DNA of 14,839 bases. Origin: Candidatus Eiseniibacteriota bacterium. Its GTDB lineage: Bacteria; Eisenbacteria; RBG-16-71-46; DASYSL01. Shown here in pieces: positions 1 to 7,592 of the stretch (positions within the stretch are counted from its first letter, which is position 1; each line of letters starts with the position of its first letter). The notes beneath the pieces were generated by a model, which saw nothing but the letters and a program-made list of their open reading frames with translations, made no database searches and was not told the origin of the DNA. The translations under genes were made by a program, and so were the position numbers. The stretch covers positions 1-14,839 of the forward strand of contig JANPEF010000102.1 of the NCBI GenBank assembly GCA_031431875.1, written 5' to 3'.

Positions 1-927
1 CACCAGCGTCCACGTCGCGTCCGGATCGAACGTCTCGATCGCCTCGACCGCCGAGTCGGTCTCCTCGCCCAGGTCCTTCTGGTAGACGGCACCGGCCTGG
101 CTGACGATGAACGTCTGCACGCCGCTCACGCCGTACTCCGCCGGCCACGCGATCAGCGCAAAGCCGCGCGCCAGGTAGCCGTTGACGAAGTAGTCGACGG
201 CACCGCCCTCCGCGTTGGCGCCCTGGGCATAGAGCTGGCGATAGCGATAGCCGTGATACGGCGTGGTCACGCCGGTGCTCGCCCGGTAACCCTCGGCGGC
301 GGCCGAGGCGACCCACGGTCCGATCGGGCTCTCGGGTTCACCATCCCCCGCCTTCCAGTAGAGGCCGTTGTGGCTGCCCTCGTCGCTCACGATCTTCTGC
401 GCGTAGATGCCGGCCGGCAGGCCGTCGTGACCGACCGATGCGTACTCCATCTCCGCGTCGACGTAGCCGCGGCTCGCCGCGATCGCACCCAGTTCGTTGC
501 CGCCGACACGGCGGTAGGCAATCTCGTCGACGCCGGCGGCGCCGTCGAGGACCCACTTGCCGTCGCGCTTCACGACCGGCACGGGGAGCGGCCAGTCGTC
601 GACGCCGACCTGCAGCGTCATGCGATCGTCCCCCTCAGGCACGAGCGCGTGCTTCGCCTCGTACCTGGCGAGGAACGACTTGCGGTCGTTCGCATCGGCC
701 ACCGGATCGCCGGAGTTGATCACGCCGTCCGAACCAGGACCGAACACCGCCTTCAACCGGGCCGGTTCGCCGCTCTGCACGGCGGCGACCATCGCCGTGA
801 CCGCGTCCTCTGCGGTGTCGAACGAGAGATGCTGCGTGGAGCCACCGCAACCGGCGAGCCCCAGGATCGCCACACCCACCATCGTCGCAAGGAGCGCGAG
901 GCTTCCAAGCATCGAATGCTTGTTCAT
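1..927 (-). CDS. DUF2950 family lipoprotein (3' end runs off the window)
   Basis: Not in the ORF track; translated by hand from ATG 927, open to position 1: MNKHSMLGSLALLATMVGVAILGLAGC (lipobox LAGC), then SGDPVADANDR, VGVDDWPLPVPVVK, EIAYRRVGGNELGAI, GLYW, PYHGYRYR, GFALIAWPAEYGVSGVQTFIVSQAGAVYQKDLG, FDPDATW. These motifs are typical of DUF2950. ATGA overlap with the upstream stop; GGAGGT RBS. Confidence 0.9.
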   Translation of the reverse strand, partial: MNKHSMLGSLALLATMVGVAILGLAGCGGSTQHLSFDTAEDAVTAMVAAVQSGEPARLKAVFGPGSDGVINSGDPVADANDRKSFLARYEAKHALVPEGDDRMTLQVGVDDWPLPVPVVKRDGKWVLDGAAGVDEIAYRRVGGNELGAIAASRGYVDAEMEYASVGHDGLPAGIYAQKIVSDEGSHNGLYWKAGDGEPESPIGPWVASAAAEGYRASTGVTTPYHGYRYRQLYAQGANAEGGAVDYFVNGYLARGFALIAWPAEYGVSGVQTFIVSQAGAVYQKDLGEETDSAVEAIETFDPDATWTLV

Positions 928-2738
928 CGCGACCTCCCGCCGGTGCGCGAGGCGCCACCGCCGCTGCTTCCACCCGAAGCCCGGGCTGCACCACCCGAGG
1001 ATGCCGTGCTGCTCCTTCCGCGTGCGCTCGCGGCGCTCGCCGAAGCACCACCGCCGCCACCACCGCTGAACGCGCTGCTGCCGCTGCCACCGCCTCCTCC
1101 GCCCGACGGGCGCCTCGGCGCGGAGCTCGCAGCGGGAGACGGACGCGATGCCGCTGCCGTGGGCGCCCTGGCCGCGGGCGTCGGACGCGATGCCACCGCG
1201 CTCGGCGCCTTTGCCGCCGCCGGTCGCGCTGCTGCCGCGCCACCACCGGCCTTTGTCGCGCCCGCGTAGCCGCGATCGGTCGCCGGCTTCGCCGCCGCGC
1301 CGGTCGTGGGCCGCGCCGGCAACTTGCTCGCCGAGCTCGCCGACTTCGCCTTCGCGGCGCCGTCTTTCGTCGCGCCGGCGTACGAGCCCTTCACCGCCGA
1401 ACCCGCCTGCGGCGCCTTGCCCTTTGCACCCGCTGCACCCGTGGTGGCGGTCGTCGCCCGCCCACCAGCGGCCGCGTCGCGCGCACCGCCGGCATCCGGA
1501 CGCTGCACCGAACGATCCCCAGCGGCCGCCGACTTCGCACCGTCGCGCGAGCCGGCACTCCGCTGCTCGTTGGCCTTGCGCGTGCGATCCTCGCCTTGCT
1601 TGTTGAGTGTTCCCAGGTCGGAGCGATTGGGCTTGGCCTGGGTGATGGGGCTCTTGACGCTGCGGCTGCTGCCGGCGTTGCGGTTGTTGTTGTTGTTGCC
1701 CCCGCGATCGCCATCACCGCGACCGCCGCCGCCGCCAAAATCATCGTTGTTCCAGTAGTTGTTGTTCCCGGTGTTGATGTTGATCGTGTTGTTGTTGAAG
1801 CTGTGGTTGTAGTTCGGCCCGGAGTTGTAGCCGTGCGAGGGGTAGTAACCTCCTCCATACGGGGGGCGATACATATACGGCGGGGGCGGATAGTACGGCC
1901 TGCCACCGTAGTACATGCCGCCATAGCCCCAGCTCGGCCCATAGTGATACCAGTCGTCGTCGTTGTCGAACGCATCGGCGACGAGGAGCCCCGCGCCGAA
2001 GGCGAGGAGCCCGGTCGCAATCACGGTGCCGGTGCTGGCGCCCTTCTCCTCGACGATCACCGTCGTCGTCGGCGCCGGAATCGTTGCCGGCGGCGGCGCG
2101 TACACCGCGACGGGGTCGTACTGCGGCACATAGATGACCTCGGGCTTGGGCGGCTCGATGGTGATCGCCGTCCTGCCCTCGGTGGTCACCGTCTCGACCT
2201 TGAGCTGCTCGCTCGTGGCGAGGTTGCCCACGTCCTGGGACTGCTTGCGCATGCGCTGCACCGCGTCGAGAACGGCCCCCTGGTCGGCGGTGAACGCCGT
2301 GCCGAGTTGAGTCGTCCAATCGATCTGCATGCACATCATGTCGACCGTCTCGGGAAACTGCAGCAGCGCCCGCATCGACGTGGTGAGGCCCAGCTTCTCG
2401 GCCTCCGCGTTGAGCTTGTCGGGTGCGAGGGTGTTGTTGGCGAGCAGCCAGTTGCCCGCATCGAGGACTTCCTGCGGATTGGTCGACGCGCTGAGGACAT
2501 GGCCGAGGATGACGTCGGGATAGAGCGCGATCGGGGCGACCAGGCCCTCGAGCGTCTCGGGCGACAGGTCGATCGGGGTCTCGCCGGCCGCCGTTGCTAC
2601 GGCGTTTTCGGCCGCGGGCGCCTGGCTGGCGGTATCCGGCGGGGCGAAGTCCTTCGATCCGCAGCCGCCGAGCAGCACAGGAAACAAGAAGAGGATTGCC
2701 ATCGTCCATGGACGTATGGCAAGCGAACGTGACTGCAT
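924..2738 (-). CDS. DUF3300 domain lipoprotein with a long low-complexity C-terminal tail
   Basis: Signal peptide ending LLGGC; LEGLVAPIALYPDVILGHVLSAST, WTTQLGTAF..DQGAVLDAVQRMR, IEPPKPEVIYVPQYDPVAVY match DUF3300; GGAGG RBS; adjacent to DUF2950, a commonly seen pairing. Confidence 0.9.
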   Translation of the reverse strand: MQSRSLAIRPWTMAILFLFPVLLGGCGSKDFAPPDTASQAPAAENAVATAAGETPIDLSPETLEGLVAPIALYPDVILGHVLSASTNPQEVLDAGNWLLANNTLAPDKLNAEAEKLGLTTSMRALLQFPETVDMMCMQIDWTTQLGTAFTADQGAVLDAVQRMRKQSQDVGNLATSEQLKVETVTTEGRTAITIEPPKPEVIYVPQYDPVAVYAPPPATIPAPTTTVIVEEKGASTGTVIATGLLAFGAGLLVADAFDNDDDWYHYGPSWGYGGMYYGGRPYYPPPPYMYRPPYGGGYYPSHGYNSGPNYNHSFNNNTININTGNNNYWNNDDFGGGGGRGDGDRGGNNNNNRNAGSSRSVKSPITQAKPNRSDLGTLNKQGEDRTRKANEQRSAGSRDGAKSAAAGDRSVQRPDAGGARDAAAGGRATTATTGAAGAKGKAPQAGSAVKGSYAGATKDGAAKAKSASSASKLPARPTTGAAAKPATDRGYAGATKAGGGAAAARPAAAKAPSAVASRPTPAARAPTAAASRPSPAASSAPRRPSGGGGGGSGSSAFSGGGGGGASASAASARGRSSTASSGGAARASGGSSGGGASRTGGRSR

Positions 2739-2975
2739 GCGAAGCCTCCTGGACGTTCGAGAGGGAGGTGCGCCGGGGGAAGGCGCGAGACCGCGGGCGT
2801 GATCCGTGCGGGAGTGCTTGTCTGGTATCCTGCCGATCGATAGGCATCCAGTCCCCGGATCCCCGGGGCTGTCAAGCGGCCCCCGGGCTGCCGGCTCGAC
2901 CTGTGCCCCGCGGGCGCCACCGGCGCGACCTGGGATCGCCCTTGCCTCGAGTTCTCGCGCAACCCCTGGGGTGTC

Positions 2976-3803
2976 ATGCTCGAGTTGTTCTGGGATACAC
3001 GGGGCTACCTGTTCTGGTTGCTCGTCCTCTCAGCGTTCGTTCTCACGCTGGAGCGACTGTGGCCGTGGCGACGCACGCAACGTCTCCTCCGTCGGCAGTT
3101 TGGGCAGGATCTCTTCTGGCTCGTGTTCAACGGGCACTACGCCGGGATCCTCGTCGGGCACGCCGGTGCCGCGATCTTCGCGTGGGCGTGGCCCGCGATC
3201 GAACAGTTCCAGCATGTGCGGTTCCTGGTGGAGCAGCCACTCTGGCTGCAGTTCGCGGGCTTCTTCCTGCTCAAGGACTTCCTCGATTGGTGCGTCCACA
3301 ACCTGCTGCATCGTGTGCCCTGGCTCTGGGAGTTCCACAAGCTTCACCACTCCATCGAGGAACTGGACTGGATCGGAAACTTCCGTTTTCACTGGATGGA
3401 GATCGTGGTCTACCAGGGGCTCACCTACCTGCCGCTGGCCGTCCTCGGCGTCGATGGTCGCGTCATCCTCGCGATCGCCCTCGCCAACACGCTCATCGGC
3501 CACCTCAATCACAGCAATCTCGACATCACCTGGGGCCCGCTGCGCTACGTCCTCAACTCGTCCCGGATGCACGTCTGGCACCATGATTGGGACCTGCCCG
3601 CCGGTCGTCCCAGGGGGGTCAACTTCGGCATTGCCCTCAGCGTGTGGGACTGGCTTTTCGGCACCGCCTGGTGGCCGACGCCCCTCGAGGCGCCGACTCA
3701 GCAGCCGCGGCGACTCGGCTTTCCGGGACTGGAGAAGTTCCCGCGCGGGTTGCCCGAGCGTCTCCTGTATCCACTCTCACGCCTCTGGCGCGGGCGCGCC
3801 TAG
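2976..3803 (+). CDS. Sterol desaturase / fatty acid hydroxylase superfamily membrane protein
   Basis: Several hydrophobic helices and di-iron His boxes HNLLH, HKLHHS, HLNHSN, HVWHH, plus NFG..LSVWDWLFGT. Confidence 0.9.
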   Translation: MLELFWDTRGYLFWLLVLSAFVLTLERLWPWRRTQRLLRRQFGQDLFWLVFNGHYAGILVGHAGAAIFAWAWPAIEQFQHVRFLVEQPLWLQFAGFFLLKDFLDWCVHNLLHRVPWLWEFHKLHHSIEELDWIGNFRFHWMEIVVYQGLTYLPLAVLGVDGRVILAIALANTLIGHLNHSNLDITWGPLRYVLNSSRMHVWHHDWDLPAGRPRGVNFGIALSVWDWLFGTAWWPTPLEAPTQQPRRLGFPGLEKFPRGLPERLLYPLSRLWRGRA

Positions 3804-6034
3804 TCCGCGTCCCCCACCAGCACGAACGGCGCCCAGTACGCCGGGTGCGCGAAGGGGTGCGAGCCGTCGGTGGCGGTGAATGCGCGCACGTCTTCGCGGG
3901 CGAGGCGCAGCGCCTCGGGGAGCGGCATGCGCGCCGACCCGTCCTCGCCGTAGGCGTGGGCGCAGAAGCCGCGCAGCAGCGTGACGGTTGCACGCTCGTC
4001 GACCGCCCACAGGCTGGTCAGCACGCAGCTCGCGCCGGCGTGCAGGAATGCGTCCCCGATTCCCACGAACCCGCCGTAGGTGTATCCCCCCGCGCTCTGG
4101 CACGCGGCGAGGACGACGAGGTCTGCCGAAAGGCGCAGGGCTTCGATCTCGGCCACGCTGAGAAGGCCATCGTCGGGTGCATCGACGAACTCGCTGGGCT
4201 TGCCCGACGCGGCGTCGAGAGCGCGCATCCCGGTGCCCTTTCCATCAAGCACCAGCGCCGAACGCCCGGGCAGCCGCGGGTCCATCAGCGCGTGGCCGTC
4301 GAACTGGACGAGTTGCGGCGGGGCCTGCCGCTTGCCCGGCGTCTTGCCCGGCGCCCAGGTGGCGCGCAGCGAGCTCTCGGCGCCGGGGCCGGGCTCGAGG
4401 TGCGTCATCGATGCGAAGTCCGCGAGCACGCCGATCCGCCCGTTCGCGTCGTCGCCGCGCGCGAACAGGTCGCCGTCGATGAACAGTGCGCTCGGGGTCG
4501 GACTGCGCGGTGCAGCCGCAGCTCTGCGGGCCAGGTCGACGCGCGTGCTCGGCGAGTGGACGTAGCTCACGGCGTAGCGCGCCACGATCGGTGTGCCGCC
4601 TTCGTCGACCAGCGCGTCGATGGGCACTCCGGCGATTCCGGGCGAGAGGAGGACGACGAGGTGACGCACGCCGGCGAGCTCCGGCTCGGCGCGGGCGAAG
4701 CGCTCGCGCCACGCGGCCTGCGCGGCTACTTCGAGTTCAGGCGTCGGCGCGATGCGCGCTGGCCACGCGACCGCCGTGGCGAGCCGAGTCCGGAAGCGAA
4801 GGAAGTCGCCGGGGTCGTTCTTCTGCAGCGGCTCGAGGCGGATCCAGCGCACCGGTCCCCGATCGCGCAGCACGTAGATCCACGACTCGATCGGCGTCTC
4901 CTCGACCACGCTCACGTCGAGCCAGCCCACGATCGCCGTTTGCGGATTGAGCGTCCGCTGCACCGTGGCGCGCGAGTGCGGCGGCACGGTGATCGAGCGC
5001 GGCCCGTCGCTCGCGCCCGCGGCTCCCGCCAGAGCCTCGTTGAACAGCAGCGACTGCGCGGCATCGAGCACGTTCCACGCCTCGTCCGGGCGGCCCGCGG
5101 CGAGATGCACGGCGGCGAGCACGTCGGCGCCCTTGGGGCGGTAGCGCAGGCGATCGCTGCCGGCCTTGGCACCCAGGCGCAACCGGGCGTACGTGTCGAG
5201 CGATTGCTCGAGGGAGCGCCGGGCGTTCTCGAGGTCGCCGGTGCGGAAGCCGACCCAGCCCGTGATGCTCGCGGCCAGCGCCACGGCCGGGTGATCCGGT
5301 CCCAGGTTCGCAGTCAGGACCGGGCGCGCCGCGTCGAGCTCGCTGCGTGCCTCGGCGATGCGATCGAGCTGTGCCAGCACCAGCGCATAGCCGACGCGCA
5401 TGCGTGCCAGCTGCAGGCTCGAGTCCCCCTCGACCTCGCGCGTGATGGCGATCGCCTGCGCCTGGTAAAGCGCGGTGCTGTCGCGTCGCGCGGGGTTGAT
5501 GCGCATGACCGCGCCGATGCCGGCCAGCGCGGCGGCCACCTCGGAGCGGCCTTCGGGGCCGACCGTGCGCGCCACCTCGGCCGCCGCCTCGTGACTGTGT
5601 TGAGCCTCGACGTAGCGGCCCTGGTTCTTCGCCCCGGTGCCCCAGCTGTTTCGCGCCTCCGCCTCGAGGAGCCGGTGCGCCGGGCCGGCTTGCGCGGCGA
5701 GCTCGATGGCACGCGCCAGGTGCGGCATCGCGCCGTCGAGATCGCCGAGGTCCATCTCGACCCTGCCGAGGCGAAGGAACGACTCGGCCTGCTCGGCGGC
5801 GGAGCACTTCTCACTCTCGGCCCGAGCCGCCTGCTCGCGCAGGACGGTGAGCGCGCCGGCCGAGTTGCCCAGGCGCCCCAGCGAGTCGGTGGTCGCGAAG
5901 GCGATGCGCCCCGCGTCCGAGATCGTGTCGCCATCGGGGGTGGAGGTGCGGTCGGTAGTCCGGCAGCCGAGGACGAGCGCAGCGGCGAGCACGACCCACG
6001 CCGCGCGGCGCGGAGTCGAGCGCGCGCGGGTCAC
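3800..6034 (-). CDS. TPR + CHAT (caspase-like, clan CD) protease, probable lipoprotein
   Basis: Start reassigned to GTG 6034 (GTGA overlap with upstream stop; 744 aa). Basic N-terminus, hydrophobic stretch and VLG-C24; TPR-like helical repeats (LGPDHPAV, GDLENARRSLEQSL); CHAT motifs FDGHA (His 4292-4294), DGLLSVAEI, ADLVVLAACQS (Cys 4100-4102), AFLHAGASCVLTSLWAVDE, HPAYWAPFVLVG. Confidence 0.9.
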   Translation of the reverse strand: MTRARSTPRRAAWVVLAAALVLGCRTTDRTSTPDGDTISDAGRIAFATTDSLGRLGNSAGALTVLREQAARAESEKCSAAEQAESFLRLGRVEMDLGDLDGAMPHLARAIELAAQAGPAHRLLEAEARNSWGTGAKNQGRYVEAQHSHEAAAEVARTVGPEGRSEVAAALAGIGAVMRINPARRDSTALYQAQAIAITREVEGDSSLQLARMRVGYALVLAQLDRIAEARSELDAARPVLTANLGPDHPAVALAASITGWVGFRTGDLENARRSLEQSLDTYARLRLGAKAGSDRLRYRPKGADVLAAVHLAAGRPDEAWNVLDAAQSLLFNEALAGAAGASDGPRSITVPPHSRATVQRTLNPQTAIVGWLDVSVVEETPIESWIYVLRDRGPVRWIRLEPLQKNDPGDFLRFRTRLATAVAWPARIAPTPELEVAAQAAWRERFARAEPELAGVRHLVVLLSPGIAGVPIDALVDEGGTPIVARYAVSYVHSPSTRVDLARRAAAAPRSPTPSALFIDGDLFARGDDANGRIGVLADFASMTHLEPGPGAESSLRATWAPGKTPGKRQAPPQLVQFDGHALMDPRLPGRSALVLDGKGTGMRALDAASGKPSEFVDAPDDGLLSVAEIEALRLSADLVVLAACQSAGGYTYGGFVGIGDAFLHAGASCVLTSLWAVDERATVTLLRGFCAHAYGEDGSARMPLPEALRLAREDVRAFTATDGSHPFAHPAYWAPFVLVGDAD

Positions 6035-6816
6035 TGCGAGCCCTGCGCCGGCGGGTCGGTGCTGGCTTCGAGGAGCGCCTGCGCTTTCCCCTGGAGGGGA
6101 CCGGGTCGACCGGCCAGCGCACGCACGACCGAGTCGGCGCGTCCCGCATCCAGCGCCTCGGGCGAAGTGCGCAGGCGGGCCCATTCGCGCCAGTCGGCGT
6201 AGGGCTCGGGCAGCGCCTTCGTCGCGATCGGCGTGAGCACGCTGCGGGCCTCGTCGTTACGCCCGAGCTCGAGCAGTGCGCTGGCGAGGTAGAGCCGGCG
6301 CAATGGCTCGAGTCGCGCGTCCTCGAACGGCGTGTCGAGCAGGCGGGCGGCCGCGGACCAGTTGCCGCTGCCGTAGCGCGCGATGGCGTCCTCGAGCCGC
6401 GGCAGGTCGGCCGTCTGTTCGCGTGCGCGCAGGTGGACGATCTCGAGCGGCGCGGGCAGTCCCAGGAGCGCGGGTTTCGCGCGCGGCGCGGGCTCGCGCA
6501 GCAGGACGATGCTGGAGACGATCGCCACCGCCGCCGCCGTGGCGAGCGCAATGCCGAGCAGGCCGCGCCGGCGGGCCCAGGCGGGCCGGACGCCGCCGGA
6601 CTGCACCGGAATCGCAGGCGCCGCGAGCACGCTTTCCGCCCGCGCCCGGAACCGCTCGCGATCGGCCGCCGCGATGCGAAGCTGCCGGTCGCATTGCGGA
6701 CAGGTATGCGCGTGCTCGACGGCGTTCGCGACCTCGTGGTCCGCGCGCAGCCCGTGCACGACTTCCAGCAGGAAGTCCTCGTCGTAGTGCCCGTTCGGGG
6801 CGCCCGGTCCGTTCAC
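6031..6816 (-). CDS. Putative zinc-binding (ZAS / zf-HC2-like) transmembrane anti-sigma factor with a C-terminal TPR-like domain
   Basis: Start reassigned to GTG 6816 (GTGA overlap with the sigma stop; 261 aa). N-terminal His plus HAHTCPQC (HxxxCxxC, 6691-6714); RRR followed by one TM helix (GLLGIALATAAAVAIVSSIVLL); TPR-like LYLASALLELGRNDEARSVL; directly downstream of an ECF sigma. Confidence 0.8.
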   Translation of the reverse strand: MNGPGAPNGHYDEDFLLEVVHGLRADHEVANAVEHAHTCPQCDRQLRIAAADRERFRARAESVLAAPAIPVQSGGVRPAWARRRGLLGIALATAAAVAIVSSIVLLREPAPRAKPALLGLPAPLEIVHLRAREQTADLPRLEDAIARYGSGNWSAAARLLDTPFEDARLEPLRRLYLASALLELGRNDEARSVLTPIATKALPEPYADWREWARLRTSPEALDAGRADSVVRALAGRPGPLQGKAQALLEASTDPPAQGSQ

Positions 6817-7592
6817 TTCGCATCCTCGTTCACGTGCCCGTTCCGCACGAAGCGATCCCACAGTCGCGCCATGCCCGCGACCGCCAGGTGCGACGCGTCG
6901 ATCCCGGCCTCCTGCAGGCAGGCGCGCAACGTCGTTCGCGCCCGCCCGACGATGACGTCGACGTTCGCCGGGTTGAGCCGGATCTCGGGATGGGCCGCGA
7001 TGTCGCGAGAACTCATTTCAAAGAAGGTGCGGAAGATCCAGATCCGTCGCGCCCGAGGGGCGAGGGTTTCAATGCACTGGTCGAGGGCGGCGGTCACCTC
7101 GGCGAACTCCACGCGATTCGAGGGGGAGATTGCGTCATTGGAACGCCCGCCCCCGAGTTCGGAAGAGTCGATGGGCCCCTCCGCCGCATGACCGTTGCCA
7201 CGGCGAACGCGCTCGCGGCGGAGCTGGTCGATGATCGCGTTGCGGCTGGTCTGGGCGACGAAGCCGGACACCTCGCGCGTGTCGTCGCGGCGCAGCACCA
7301 GCGTGCCCGCCTCGATCCGGTGCAGCAGGTCGAGAGCCTTGGTGGCGACGAGATCCTCGAGATCCTCGCGGGTCAGCGGTCCGAGAGTGCGTGCCTGGGA
7401 GCGGGCGAAGCGGGCGAGCGCCGAGGACAGCAGGACCCACAACTCGGCCCGGGCGCTGGCGCGCGTGGAATCCGCGAGCGGAGTGGCCAGCTGCTCGGCG
7501 AGCAGGGCCAAGCGTTCCGCCCAGGGCCTGGGTCCATTCGATGTCGAGTCGGGGGGGATTACTCCGACCGGGTCCGTCCCGTCTGGGGTCAT
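6813..7592 (-). CDS. ECF (sigma-70 group 4) RNA polymerase sigma factor
   Basis: Region 2-like EDLEDLV...FVAQTSRNAIIDQLRR; region 4-like LDQCIETLAPRARRIWIFRTFFEMSSRDIA...VDVIVGRARTTLRACL; no region 3. Exact start uncertain. Confidence 0.88.
   Translation of the reverse strand: MTPDGTDPVGVIPPDSTSNGPRPWAERLALLAEQLATPLADSTRASARAELWVLLSSALARFARSQARTLGPLTREDLEDLVATKALDLLHRIEAGTLVLRRDDTREVSGFVAQTSRNAIIDQLRRERVRRGNGHAAEGPIDSSELGGGRSNDAISPSNRVEFAEVTAALDQCIETLAPRARRIWIFRTFFEMSSRDIAAHPEIRLNPANVDVIVGRARTTLRACLQEAGIDASHLAVAGMARLWDRFVRNGHVNEDAK

Noticed and set aside
1684..1798. (TTG)n runs as a repeat array or CRISPR
   Set aside because: They are poly-Asn codons within DUF3300; no repeat-spacer structure or cas genes are visible in the window.
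253..2732. Long + strand ORFs (253-1269, 1596-2732 and others)
   Set aside because: Antisense to DUF2950/DUF3300, which carry the recognisable motifs and RBSs.
3587..6202. 871-aa + strand ORF
   Set aside because: Antisense shadow of the TPR-CHAT gene; Arg/Ala-rich with no motifs, as expected in high-GC DNA.
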